NCBI GenBank assembly: GCA_973895155.1
Contig: OZ316891.1
Coordinates: 23,807,899-23,871,898 of the forward strand
Direction: 5' to 3'
DNA length: 64,000 bases
Source of the DNA: Marsupella aquatica
Lineage: Eukaryota; Plantae; Marchantiophyta
The position numbers and the translations under genes are program-made. The notes beneath the pieces are model-generated. The model was not told the origin of the DNA and did not search any database. It saw only the letters and a list, made by a program, of their open reading frames with translations. Below are positions 39,718 through 51,700 of the stretch, one piece after another (position 1 is the first letter of the stretch; the number at the start of each line of letters is the position of its first letter).

Positions 39718-40916
39718 CTACTCAAGAGGCAGATCTGGGATACCGGCCTCATTACTGAGTAGTTCGGCTTGGGCCGCACCACCCCCACCTGTGATGATAG
39801 CGGGATCTATTGCCGTATTCATGCCGGAGGATGGTGCTGGTTCTACCTCCTTGGTCACCACGGCTTGTGGAGTCGGATTACTCCTTGACCCTGAAGGTTT
39901 CCGCTTTTTCTTCTTTTCTGGTTCGGCAGTTGGTCCCTTCCCCTTCCCACTTACTTCCGGCACTAGTGCAGTTGGCGCGGCTTTTTCTTCGGCCAGTACC
40001 ACTCCTGGTAACTTGGTTGCCCCAATTGGAGTTGGGCCTGATGAAGACAAGCACTTAAATACTGCGGCTTGTTTCTTCAGCCGCTCCGTTTGGTTGTCGG
40101 CCCGCCGCTGGAGGTTCTCCATCTTCCTCGTGATTTCCTCCAACTCCTCCTGGGTCTCATCCAGGTCCTTGCGTGCCTCCTTTAGTTCCTTCTGGGCTTC
40201 CTCCCGTTCTTGTTTCAAGGTAGTCCTCTCCTCCTGGGTTGCTCTTAGCTCCTTGTCGAGCTCTGCAATGATGACAGACTCCATCTGGTTCATCTTGGCG
40301 TAAGTCTGTTCGAGCATCTCGTCCTTCTCCCTTAGGTCGGCCTTGAAGCTGGCCGTCAGGGACGCAAGCTCCTGCTGCAGCGCCATAATCCCTTGATAGG
40401 ATTTCCCTAACTCGGCCTCCTTCTGCTCAAGGGCTCCGCGGATTTTCTCGAGCTCCCCCTTCAACGCCCATTCCTTTCTTTGGGTCTCCGCCATGGCCCG
40501 GCTGTTGGCTGTTATGTGGGCCTCCTCTGTATTCTTCAGCTCTTGCTTCCACTTCTCCCTCTCTTTGATCGTGTCGGCCAACTCTCCCTGCGTCTGAGTC
40601 AGTTTATCCTTGATATTCTGATTATCAGCCTGCGCGGTGTCCAACTGCCCCTGCATGATGTTCAGCTCATGTCGTTTAATCCGCAGTTCATCTTGGGCTT
40701 TCTTGGCCGCCCTTAGATTTTCAATCTCGGCTTCCATCCTCCTAAGCCGCCGAATGACCTCGTCCTTCTTGCTTCTCTCTAAAGCCACCGCTTCTTCTAA
40801 TTGGTGCTTCTCCAACTGCTCCCTATGGAAAAAGGGTCCTACCTCCAACTCCTCTCCAAAGATGCCGAGCGCAAGTTCCCCACACATCTCACCATACTCC
40901 ATGGCTCTATTCTTAG
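39718..40916 (-). pseudogene. C-terminal coiled-coil part of the family-X ORF, copy 1
   Basis: NRAMEYGEMCGE... continues ...STYAK across the nested insertion, exactly as in the uninterrupted copy at 62140. Confidence 0.9.
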
Positions 40917-42303
40917 TGTCGTATAGTGCTAAGTATCAAAAGTGACTCTCCTCACCTAAAACCAGGGTTTCGATCCCTTTAAGAACAGATTTCAGAATGA
41001 ATTGTATAACTTTTATCACTCCGAGTGATTTAGAGTCTTGAGCTCTATGTTGACTTCACTTCTCAATAAAAAAATCGAATAAACAAACAACAAAGTAACT
41101 GAACTTCTGATTTATGAATTAGAGAAGAAATGAGTAAGGATTTAGAGACTACAAGCTACTGCCACTCCTTCAGAAAGGATTTGGGCTCAGTATAGACATG
41201 AAATCTATCTCATAATTCATCCATCTCACTCTTCAAAACACAAAGGTTAATGATAATGGAATTCTCAATCTGATGAAGCAGAAGCTTTCTGATTGCAAAT
41301 GAATGATATGATTTAAAATGCCGTCAACATGGTTTGACATCAGCGATACGCAATTCAGTCAAACTCTAAACCATATTCCAGAATCAAAGCAACAGTACTA
41401 ACTACTCTGAGAATCAGAATTTACTTCTCATTTATCATTAACTATTCTTGAATTGGCTAGCGAATCCCGACTCTGCAAGCAAGCCTAGCAGTGAATTCAA
41501 TACGAGTTTCAGAAATCTGCAACTGAATTCAATCACCACAGGAATCTCTTGAATTCAATCTTAACTTCAATCAATATAGCTTTACTTCCATACAAAACAC
41601 TCACAGCATGCCTTGTTACAATGGAAGGAGGAGAAAACTATTCAGAAGACTCAATTCTGAATACAGTATTAACTCTATTTCTCTCTACTTCAAATGAGCA
41701 TTCTACTCTGTCTTATAAGTGCTGGAATCCTAAAATGGAGGAGGTAAGAACAGTCGTGCCTTTCCAAGCTTAAAACTAAACAAGGGAGAAGCACAGCATA
41801 AGTACTTCAACAAGGGTGGTAGAATACTACTTTACTAGTAATCTACTTCAAAAACTAAGTGTTGAGCGGACGCTGCTAGAAGCGTCGGGAGAATCTGGAC
41901 GCTGCTAGAAGCGTCTTAAGTAAAACCAACGGACGCTGCTCACACTGCTCACAGCGTCAATACTAGGGTGGACGCTGCTCACAGCGTCGTGTGTTGAAGC
42001 TGACGCTTTCCACAGCGTCGGTCGAAATCCTCATAGAGTCTTGGTGGCGGTCGGGCACTGCCAAAAGCGTCATGAGGAGGTTGGACGCTTCCGCAGCGTC
42101 TTGAGTAAAAGAAACGGGCGCTGGTCACAGCGTCGGGCAAAGTACACTAGGAATCGTCAGGAAAGCCGGAGATGTCAAATATTTCTATAAGTGTCCAGAA
42201 CAAGTAAATGTTGGCCGGAAGGTGTCTAAAGTGTAAGTAAATCTTGTGATATGCTAAAAATAAACAAGTTTCCAGAAAAAATTGCAGGGACACCCATACC
42301 ACA
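40917..42303 (-). repeat. 3' LTR
   Basis: Direct repeat of 53072-54458 at offset 12155; no differences seen by eye. Confidence 0.97.
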
Positions 42304-42305
42304 TA

Positions 42306-42321
42306 GCCCTCCACTTAAATT
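42306..42321 (-). promoter_or_regulatory. Polypurine-tract-like sequence
   Basis: AATTTAAGTGGAGGGC on the minus strand, 2 nt before the 3' LTR. Confidence 0.7.
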
Positions 42322-42869
42322 TCGCCGTGTCCCCACAAGACATGACCGAATTGAATCAGAAGCGAGTGACATGTTCTTCATTAATAATATTCTGGCTTAA
42401 TAATCCAAGTAGTGCTCAAAATCATTGACGGGAGTTGGGAGATATCCGAATCCAGAATATAAAAATTGAGGTCATGGAATTCTTCTCCGATCTGTATTGG
42501 GACTCCTTTAACTCTTCCCCAAAGATTAATGATTCATCCATCGATTGATATCTGAGCAGATATCGGTTGTACTTCTTGATGAACAAATTGCTGGCACAGT
42601 CTGTGGGAGAGGAAATTAATTCGAGAGCCTGGATCAATAACAAAGTGTTGAATAGCATGTCCTCCCAGTTTGATCTTGCCTTCAAAGGAATGTTGGAAAG
42701 CACGGGGTAAAGAATTCCAACAATCCATAGTAGCTTTGATGTCCCACATGAGCAGATAAATATCAATTCGAAGGAGAAAGAAGGAAACAATTGCAGGATG
42801 CTGCAAAAGTAACGGCTTATATACATATAAATGACAACACCGTTTGATATCTCTCATAAATGGTGTCCT

Positions 42870-45443
42870 TCAAATCTGTGTCCTAGATAAAACACCTTGA
42901 ATAATCACATCCGGATAAGAAGGAATAATAGGTAGGAACGCTAAACACCTAAGCGACTTGAACCCTTGGGAAGCCGGTAGCATACATTGTTTTGTAATCA
43001 ACTGCTCCCTTAGCTTAACAAGCTTCTTCTCATATTTAATTGGAATAGCAAACCCACCAGGACAAACCCAAACATAGTATGGATAGGGCCATGGAATTTC
43101 CGGCACAAGGGGCGGAAATGGAGCTTGAGCTCGTCGAAGCATATACACCCAACACCAAATTTCGAACTCCGAAAACTTATGTCGTCTGTCCTTATCAATG
43201 GGAGGAACCGCCTTCCCAGGTTCATATGTGCGAATCAAACTACGAATCCTCGGATGGGATGTCATTGGCAAAATCTGCTGCTGCTGCAAAATGCTCTCCA
43301 TCTCTAGATGTCGAAAAGCTACTCGAAAATGTTTCTTCTCCCACCTGTGAATTGAAGCCAAATTAGGGATAGGATTTCGGGGTGGCAAATCCACTGTATG
43401 CCGAAGTCGAGGAGGTACTCTGATAATGCGAGGGTCTTCGTCTTCTTCTCCATCACTTGGTGCTCCTATCCAACGGAAAATTACATCTGGCATAGCGGAA
43501 GGAATCACTGACTCCTTAACTGGTCGAATTGGCAATGTAACAGGAGACGAAGGAGCAGAAGGTTCGGGCTCCAGTGGTTCAAATTCTTCTCTTGCAACAG
43601 TAGCTGGTTGATCTGCAATGGGATGCATTGGTACTAAAACAGGAAGTTCTTCTTTAAAATTATCGCTAGGTAAAGAGACTTCCTGGTTAGTTCGATCTGT
43701 CAAAAGTACAGGAAGGGGTAGCTCGTCTGTTCCGATAGGTGCTTCTCCCTGTTCAAAATCCTGGGAAGATGCTTCAGGAAAGATCTGTCGACTGATAGCA
43801 TGGCGCAACCGTTTCCAAGATTTTCGAGTATACGTCACTGAAAACTCCTCCCGAATGTTTTTATCCTCGTTTGTAGCCAATGAAACTGGTGCTGAGCTGG
43901 TTGTCGAAGCGGGTGTCTCGGGTACCAATATGGGTACAGATATACCCATATTACCAGATACCTGATTGCGACTCGGAAAACCAGCAGAGCCTCCTTCAAT
44001 CAACTCATCTTCAGGAGAAACCCATTTTACAGGCGGAAATGAAGGAGCTCCTATCGCGGCTATTGCCTCATCTAATTCCTTAGTTATATCCAAAGGAATC
44101 GATATGAGTGAACCAGGTGTAGACCAGGCAGGGTATCTTGCGACAGATTGGGGAGAAGTCACTGGTTCACCTACTTCGTCTATATCCACAATTGCATCCT
44201 CCGAATCAACTTTAATCAGCTTCACAATTTCTGAGCTTAATATTTCTGACTCCTGGACCAGAGGGATTTCACCTATATTTGGGCTAGAACTAAGAGAGTC
44301 GAACGAATCATACTCCTGTAAAGCCTGCAAAGCATCACTATTTGCCTCTATGGGAACCAAAACAGGGGTAGAAGTAAATCCATCATACTCGTCCTCAGCA
44401 GTAGAATGTTGAAGAGGTTCCCCTGAAAAACCTTCTTCATCCACCCTCACCTCATCTTCAACATTCATCCGAGAAGCAGAATTATCCTGATCAACATCAT
44501 AAATAGGCTCGGCAGCACAAGGTGAACACGAGAGTCGAGGTGACATAGAATGCTCCAACCCTGTTGGCATTGCTGAAGGAACATCTTCGGCAACTTGAGC
44601 CTCTCTTGGTTGGTGAAGAATCGGATCGTCACTCCCTTCAGCTGATGCTCTTGTCTCTTTCAATTTCCGAACTTCACCCACCAGTTCAGGTTCCTCACAG
44701 TCGAGTATTGCACATAGCTCTACCACTGTGGAATTGGCTCGGACTTCTCGTACTTCAGGCATATAATTTGCTTCACCGGTAGATGCTCTCTGATTGTTGC
44801 GATAAAAATCTTTTTCCAAGACAAGCAGACAGTCATACTTATGGTAAATGTGAGCTAAATAAGGGGCCAAGTAGGTACACCTTATTTTCCCCGTTTTCAG
44901 CCTGCTACGAAAATTTTTGACCTGAGTATGAATTACTCGGTGCAAAACCTTCGTCCAATTGATAGACTGCGTCTGTTCTAATGAACAGATCACCGTTGCA
45001 GCGAACGAAAGAGTGATGCGCGTCTGGCTTTCTGGGTAGAAAATTGGTGCCAGAAATCGAAATAGACGCTGCAGAGAATTATCTAAGCAGTCCGCCGCTA
45101 GCCATCCATTCCGCCTCTTGAAAGATCCTGGAGCGAAGAAGGATTCTACATAAACCCGAGGCTCACAATCAACCCTCTGTAAATCCTCGCCCTCCATCGG
45201 CGTCGAATAGACCTTCGCTATGAGCGCTTCAGTCCAAACACTGGGACGCGAGCGCACACCAATCCTTTCTTCAGCGTCCCAGACACCTTGATCGATAAGG
45301 CTGAATTCGCAAATCTTCCAAGGAAGTTGAAGCAGCTTCTTCAAGCCCATTTTTGCCAGAGCCGTCTTCAACTGCCGCCTATGCACTGCATTCGATGGAA
45401 TGTCTGCGAGTATTGGTCGCGTCGTCAGCTCAGTCTCCGCCAT
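42870..45443 (-). CDS. Extra (post-pol, sense) ORF, 857 aa, unknown function
   Basis: Long open frame between pol and the 3' LTR. N-terminal domain LLQLPW...NGWLAADC...INWTKVL...YLAPYLAHIY, then an acidic Pro/Ser-rich region and a basic/aromatic C-terminus. Confidence 0.85.
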   Translation of the reverse strand: MAETELTTRPILADIPSNAVHRRQLKTALAKMGLKKLLQLPWKICEFSLIDQGVWDAEERIGVRSRPSVWTEALIAKVYSTPMEGEDLQRVDCEPRVYVESFFAPGSFKRRNGWLAADCLDNSLQRLFRFLAPIFYPESQTRITLSFAATVICSLEQTQSINWTKVLHRVIHTQVKNFRSRLKTGKIRCTYLAPYLAHIYHKYDCLLVLEKDFYRNNQRASTGEANYMPEVREVRANSTVVELCAILDCEEPELVGEVRKLKETRASAEGSDDPILHQPREAQVAEDVPSAMPTGLEHSMSPRLSCSPCAAEPIYDVDQDNSASRMNVEDEVRVDEEGFSGEPLQHSTAEDEYDGFTSTPVLVPIEANSDALQALQEYDSFDSLSSSPNIGEIPLVQESEILSSEIVKLIKVDSEDAIVDIDEVGEPVTSPQSVARYPAWSTPGSLISIPLDITKELDEAIAAIGAPSFPPVKWVSPEDELIEGGSAGFPSRNQVSGNMGISVPILVPETPASTTSSAPVSLATNEDKNIREEFSVTYTRKSWKRLRHAISRQIFPEASSQDFEQGEAPIGTDELPLPVLLTDRTNQEVSLPSDNFKEELPVLVPMHPIADQPATVAREEFEPLEPEPSAPSSPVTLPIRPVKESVIPSAMPDVIFRWIGAPSDGEEDEDPRIIRVPPRLRHTVDLPPRNPIPNLASIHRWEKKHFRVAFRHLEMESILQQQQILPMTSHPRIRSLIRTYEPGKAVPPIDKDRRHKFSEFEIWCWVYMLRRAQAPFPPLVPEIPWPYPYYVWVCPGGFAIPIKYEKKLVKLREQLITKQCMLPASQGFKSLRCLAFLPIIPSYPDVIIQGVLSRTQI

Positions 45444-45826
45444 CGCGTGACTTGTTAGCTCCGTAAGCTCAGTGAGAATCGTGTTCCATAGTGAACTAGG
45501 GCGAAGCGCGACTGCTTACTCCTCAGCGTCCCGTTGAGCTGTCGCAATCCGCCATTGTACAAGATGCCTAGTCATCGGCTCACAGCGTCTCATGCAACTG
45601 AACTAATACAAAAGCGGACCTCTGCACAACGTCCTTTGTAAACTAAGTGGACGCTTCCCCAGCGTCGAGTTACAATGGACGCTTTTCACAGCGTCCAATG
45701 TAAAAACTGAAAGTAACTAAAAAAAATTAAAAAAATATGCCGAATACTTACTAGGGAGGGTCACTAATTCTAACTAAGTATAACTACCGCCCTCCACTTA
45801 AATTGCAACCTGTCCCAGGTGGAATT

Positions 45827-48799
45827 CTAAATGGAAGACTCATAGTACCGTTTAATCCTAAACCCATTGATTCTAGTGTTAAGTGGGTGACCATCTAAGG
45901 TAGTCAATGAAACTGAACCATTATCCCAGATGTGTGTAACTCGGTAAGGACCAATCCAATGAGTATGAAGTTTCCCAGGAAATAGCATATAACGAGAATC
46001 AAAGACTAATGCTAAATCACCAACATCTAACTGCACTACGCGCAGCTTCTTATCATAAGCAAGTTTACGCTGGTTCTGAATGGTGACTGTATGGTCTAAT
46101 GCTAAAAGTCTAACTTCTTCTAATTTAACAATATTGGAAAACCGATGTGAGAGACTATCTGAAGGAGAGAGTCGGTGTGGTACCAAGATACGTTCCGTTG
46201 GTAACGAAAATTCTATTGGAATAATACTATTCAGGCCATAGGTCAGATAGAAGGGGGTGTGAAGAGTTGTAATCTTCTCAGCGGTGCGGTAAGCCCATAA
46301 TGCAGAATGGAGCTTCACATCCCAATCTGTCTTGTGAGATTCTACCATTTTATTCAGAATCTTGCCCATAATGCCATTAGCTCTCTCGGTTAAGCCATTA
46401 GCTCGGGGGTTGTAAGGAGTAGTTTTGCGATGCTTGATAAGATAAAGGTCAGTGATTAACTCAATAGTTGAGTTAAGAAAATGCAAACCCCTATCGCTTA
46501 CCAACTCCAAAGGACAACCAAACCGGGTGATAATGTGCTCAAAGAGAAATGCAGCTGCGGTTATAGCATCATTCTTGCGAGTAGCTTTCGCCTCTACCCA
46601 TTTGGTGGCATAATCAGTGGCCAGAATAATATATTTGCTTCGGCTTTTCCGAGCTGCTGGAGAAATTGGGCCAATAAAATCAATCCCCCATTTCTCAAAT
46701 GGTGCCAACGGAAGGATAGGCGTAAGAGGCCATTTGGAACTAGCAGTGGGCTTCCCGATCCTTTGACAGGGATCACAGGTCTTAATAAAATTGTAAGTAT
46801 CTCGATGCATAGTAGGCCACCAGTATCCAGCATCCAAAATTTTCTTAACTGTGGTATTCACTGCATAATGCCCACCGGTTTCTCCTGAATGTAAAGCTTC
46901 AATTACTTGGGGAAGTTCCCTATCCTCTAGACAACGTCGCAATTGTTGATCAGGACCTTGTTTAAACAAAGTGCCCCGAATAATGGTATAGGGACCCACC
47001 TTATGAGCAAAGACAGCTCGTTCTTCCGCATTAAAGCCTTCAGGGAACGTTCCATGAAGCAGCATGTGCACAATATTAAAATATCGAGAAGACTCCCCTT
47101 CAATGTGCCACAAATGCTCGTCAGGAAATTCATCGGAGAGATTATGCTGATTCTCCGGACCAGGTAACCGAGATAGGAAGTCTGCATTCTCATGATGTTT
47201 GCCAGGTCGGACATGAACTTCATAATCAAATTCTTGGAGTAGTAAAACCCAGCGGGCTACTCGTCCTGAGAGATCCACTTGGTTAACCAAATATTTTAAG
47301 GAATTATGATCAGTGTGAAAAGTAACCTGATACCCCAACAAATAGTGACGAAATTTCTTACACGCAAAGACGATGGCCAAAGCTTCCCGTTCAGTGACGG
47401 AGTAGTTTTTCTCGGCTGCACTCATTTGGCGGCTGGCATAGTAAATTGGATGGTCACGGTTTTCCACATCCTTCTGACTGAGATTAGCTCCAATGCAGAA
47501 CGCAGAAGAGTCAATGAAGACATGAAACTTCTTAGTCCAATCTGGGGGTGACAAAATAGGTGCAGAGATTAACCGATCCTTGAGCAACTGGAATGCTTGC
47601 TGCCGCTCCTCATTCCATGTATATTCCACATCACTTTTTAACAGTTGGGTTAAGGGTAAGGCAATATTAGCATGTTTATAAATGAACCGACGATAATACC
47701 CCACATGTCCCAGAAAAGCACGAAGCTGCTTTAAATCGGTCGGTGGTTGCAACTCCATAATTACTCTAACCTTCTCTGTATCAACCTCAATGCCGCGTTG
47801 TGAAATAACATGGCCTAACAAAATTCCCTCCTTCATACCAATAAAGCACTTTTCTGGATGAAGACACAACTGAGCCTCTCTACACTTCTGAAATGTCTTC
47901 TCCAAATGGACGAGGTGTTCAGCCGCTGACCCGTAAACACAAAAGTCGTCAATAAAAATCTCCATGAAATGCCGCAAATATTCTTGAAAAATAATCATCA
48001 TAATGCGCTGAAAAGTACCCGGGGCATTACACAGCCCAAAAGGCATCATGGTAAATGCATATGTACCCCAGTCGGTGGTGAACGTAGTCTTGTCGCGATC
48101 CTCCTTCCGAATGGACACCTGGTTATAACCAGAGTACCCATCTAAAAAACTGTATAACTCATGCAAGGCCACTGAATCAAGTACCAGATCAATAAATGGC
48201 AAAGGATAATGATCTTTCCGAGTGGCAGCATTCAACTTCCGGAAGTCTTGACAAACGCGAATTTTCGTTTTACCATCGGGTCCCGGCTTTTTGGGGACAA
48301 TGACAATTGGTGAGACCCATTCACTACTCAAGACCGGGTAGATAAATCCAGCAGTCGTGAGCTTGTCCAACTCGTCTTTAACCAGGATGGAATATTTGGG
48401 ATTCAAACGGTACTGTCTCTGTCGGACAGGTACTGCTCCTTCCATAAGGTCAATACGATGTTCGCCCAAATGTGGATGGATACCTTTTAAATCAGAATGA
48501 CTCCAGGCAAAGACATCTTTATACTGGGTTAATAAACTGATATACTGTTCCCGTAGCTCTCCTTCGATATGCTTACCAATATTCAAAAACTTGCCTGGCT
48601 CAATTTCGATTTTCTGACAAGCTTTTGGATCCACAATTCCATCCGTGAGGTTTGCCGGCTGAAGTCCAAGTTTGGATACTTCTGGTGCAAATGGCTCAAG
48701 GGTAGCTGACACTCCCATATCATGGTGTAAATCCCTATTAGCCTCAGTATTAGGAGGTTCGTCTGCTGCTGGGCCCACTTCCGATGATGAAGTTAATTG
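45827..48799 (-). CDS. pol: pol (RT, RNase H, integrase)
   Basis: RT motifs WVSPIVIVPK, DFRKLN, LDGYSGYNQ, MPFGLCNAPGTF, FIDD; RNase H FIDSS...EREAL...TDH; integrase GGH...CDPCQ, WGIDF, SDRG, NGLTE and GPY. In frame with the upstream gag-PR ORF. Confidence 0.97.
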   Translation of the reverse strand, partial: QLTSSSEVGPAADEPPNTEANRDLHHDMGVSATLEPFAPEVSKLGLQPANLTDGIVDPKACQKIEIEPGKFLNIGKHIEGELREQYISLLTQYKDVFAWSHSDLKGIHPHLGEHRIDLMEGAVPVRQRQYRLNPKYSILVKDELDKLTTAGFIYPVLSSEWVSPIVIVPKKPGPDGKTKIRVCQDFRKLNAATRKDHYPLPFIDLVLDSVALHELYSFLDGYSGYNQVSIRKEDRDKTTFTTDWGTYAFTMMPFGLCNAPGTFQRIMMIIFQEYLRHFMEIFIDDFCVYGSAAEHLVHLEKTFQKCREAQLCLHPEKCFIGMKEGILLGHVISQRGIEVDTEKVRVIMELQPPTDLKQLRAFLGHVGYYRRFIYKHANIALPLTQLLKSDVEYTWNEERQQAFQLLKDRLISAPILSPPDWTKKFHVFIDSSAFCIGANLSQKDVENRDHPIYYASRQMSAAEKNYSVTEREALAIVFACKKFRHYLLGYQVTFHTDHNSLKYLVNQVDLSGRVARWVLLLQEFDYEVHVRPGKHHENADFLSRLPGPENQHNLSDEFPDEHLWHIEGESSRYFNIVHMLLHGTFPEGFNAEERAVFAHKVGPYTIIRGTLFKQGPDQQLRRCLEDRELPQVIEALHSGETGGHYAVNTTVKKILDAGYWWPTMHRDTYNFIKTCDPCQRIGKPTASSKWPLTPILPLAPFEKWGIDFIGPISPAARKSRSKYIILATDYATKWVEAKATRKNDAITAAAFLFEHIITRFGCPLELVSDRGLHFLNSTIELITDLYLIKHRKTTPYNPRANGLTERANGIMGKILNKMVESHKTDWDVKLHSALWAYRTAEKITTLHTPFYLTYGLNSIIPIEFSLPTERILVPHRLSPSDSLSHRFSNIVKLEEVRLLALDHTVTIQNQRKLAYDKKLRVVQLDVGDLALVFDSRYMLFPGKLHTHWIGPYRVTHIWDNGSVSLTTLDGHPLNTRINGFRIKRYYESSI

Positions 48800-51700
48800 T
48801 CAGGAGGGCCTAGTTGGTTTTATGGGAGCATCAGACAGATAAACTTCCAAGTAACGAACTTCCTCCAGTTCAAATTCCAATGGCTGCAGGACTAGCGAAG
48901 AGGTCGAAAAATCCGAGGTGTACCCATCATCTGTTTGTGTTTCTCCAAAATGTGGTTCCGGAACCCAACTAACAGTCACCTTAGGCTTCCCAAATGAAAG
49001 CTCTTGAGATTGCCAATTAACCTGAACTTGAGCCTTATACAACCATGGTCGGCCTAACAAAACAGGAAAGCTGGATGGTATTTCCGGATTAATAACCACA
49101 TAATCCAACAGAAAAGGGACACCAGCAATCAAAGTTTCTACTCTGGTCAGCTTCCCTATGGGTACCACACGAGACTGATCCGCCATGCGCAAAATCTTGG
49201 GAGTGGGCTCAAACTTAGTGAAACCCAAATTAAATGCTGCTGACTGTGTAATCAGATTAACGCTGGCTCCTCCATCCACAGGAACTCTCCGAATGACACA
49301 CCCCTGGATTTGAACCTCAATTTCCATCGGTCCTTTGTCCTCCCACTCTGTTCGTAGCACATCCACCGAAGGTAACTTCTTCTTCCTCCGTTTTCCTGCA
49401 AGGAGGCTCCTCAGCTGTCGCCTATAAACCGGATTGTCCTGTAATAATTCCCCAATGGTGATATGTGCAGGATGATTCTTGACATCTTCAACAATATCAT
49501 AACCTGGATTTTTCAGTGGCTCTTTAGCTTTGACTACTACTGGTGGGTTAGGAGATTGCACTTGCTCCTTAACTAGCTCTTCCAGATGGTCTTTCACTTC
49601 CAAAGAGATGTCGGGCAAGAAGTATTTTGGGTCATATCGGTCATAAGCAGGGTCGTCTTCTTTGTCGAGGCCTTCCTTACATGGCTTGCGCCCTTCATCC
49701 TTGGGAGCTTTCGCGACCTTCTGATGCTCGTGCTTCTTGGTCTCCTTTTTCTTCGAACGAGTAGTTGCGTAAATATTAGTCAGAACTTTATCCCGATTCT
49801 GAACTCGATCATTCGGCATACCAACTACTTCAGGTTTCACTAAATGACTTACCAAGACATCAGGCACCACCCCGGATACTGGTTGATGAAAAAGTGAATC
49901 TGGCTTTAATTCCACCCGATTTACATCCATATGTTGAATGAAGCTGCATTGCTCCATCTCTTCAGAATAAACCATCCGAATCTTGGCTTCAGGTCGACTT
50001 GCTTCTTTAACTGGCTCTTGAGCAAATCGAACCATCAGCCTAGGCTTAGCCGGATTCGGGCATTCCACCGGTAAGTGTCCTTCTTTTCCACAGTTCCCAC
50101 AGACAGGTGTATACCCCACCTCCTGTTTGGGATAAGGGCACTGGGGTGAATAATGATCAGGTTGGCCACAATTCCAACAAGCCCCTTTTTGACGCGGCAT
50201 TCCTCGTGGTGGGTATCCTCCCGGGGGTCCCATGGGTGGTCTTGACGTTGGTTTATTGAAAGTGGGCTTAGGTGGTCCCCAAGTCGGTCTGGAAGCAGGA
50301 GGTGGTGGGAAATACTGTCCAGGGGGTGCTGTTTGGACGGTATACGTGGGATCGTACTCATACTCCTCAGCCTCTTCTTGACCATCTACATAATTCACCG
50401 GGGTTCGTAATGTGGGGCACTCGTTCGGGTAATGGCCCTGCTGACTGCATCGGGTGCACCATACGTTCATTCTCATGGGAGCAGGCAACCTTCGTACTGG
50501 TTTTACCGCGGCGATATTGACATTCAACTTGGACAATTGGCCAGAGAGTTCTTCCATCATGCGATCCATCTTCTTCTGGTTGGGAACTTTATTATTCCCT
50601 TTTACAGAGGATTTCTTCTTTTTAGGAGCAACGGATTCTGAGTCGGAACTTGAGCTTGAACTATCACTAGTGCTCGAATTTGTACTCTCGTCCTCCTCAC
50701 TAGTGCTACTTCCACTTGATTCCGTCTCCGAGTCAGATTTAGACCTGGACGTTTTCTTCTTCTTTCTTTTGTCTTTCTTCAGGTCCTTCTTAACTCGTTT
50801 TCTCTCTGAAATCTCCGAGTCTACGTACTTCTGGGCTGCCTCTTGTACTTCTTCCAAAGTGGTGCCACCTTCTCGTCTCACGTAACGAGCAATCCTGGAG
50901 GGTAAACCGTTAATAAACCAGTCCTTGATAGTAGATTTCGAGGTAGCTGGATTATATTGATCTACCAAATCCAATAATTTGTCGGCATATTTCCTCACAG
51001 ACCCATGTTTCTTCATGTGCAGATGTGAGATTCGGGCAAAGGCACGCGCAGCTGCTCCTTCTTCTTTATATTTGGCCAAGAAAGCAGCCTTCAATTTCCC
51101 CCAATCCTGCTTGTCCGGAAAACGGTCATACCATTTCTGAGCACCCTTTTTCATTAGACCACCAAACAGATTGGCTTTTTCAGCGTCTTGACTCTGTCCA
51201 TTGGATGCAGCTGCAGCTTCAAATTCTTTCAAATACACCTCTGCATCCTCCTTGGAAGTACCGAAGAACCGGTCGTACCTCACATTATTTCGAGCCATCG
51301 TGGTTGGAGCTAGGAGGGTAACGAAAGGAAGAGCTGATCGGGTAGCAAATGGGTTTGGGCTGCCCAAGCCTGAACTGCTGCTTGTCTCACTAGAAGACGA
51401 ACCACCGGCTTCACTCAGTGGTTCTGGATTATCCAATTGTGAAAGATCGACAGAATTATCTTGGGCCAGCGATTCTGCAACTGTATTCTCGGGCAAACCC
51501 AAATTTCTTCCTTCGGTATGAGATAAGGCCCTCTCAGTGGTACTATCCACACCAGAGTCAATTTGGTTCACCGAACGTACTGTCTGCTGGCGGAGCTTGG
51601 TCTTTTGAGAACCAATAAGTTTTGGACCTGAACGAAGATTTACAAACAGGGGTCGGGTCGACGTGGGCCTTTCCAAAGAGCCACTTGCCTCTTGAATAGA

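Noticed and set aside
41549-41773. Identical 74-aa ORFs in both LTRs (also 53704-53928)
   Set aside because: Short, TTG-started and antisense; the identity simply reflects LTR duplication.
42870-45443. Calling the extra ORF a true envelope gene
   Set aside because: The position is env-like, but no signal peptide or clear transmembrane anchor is evident.
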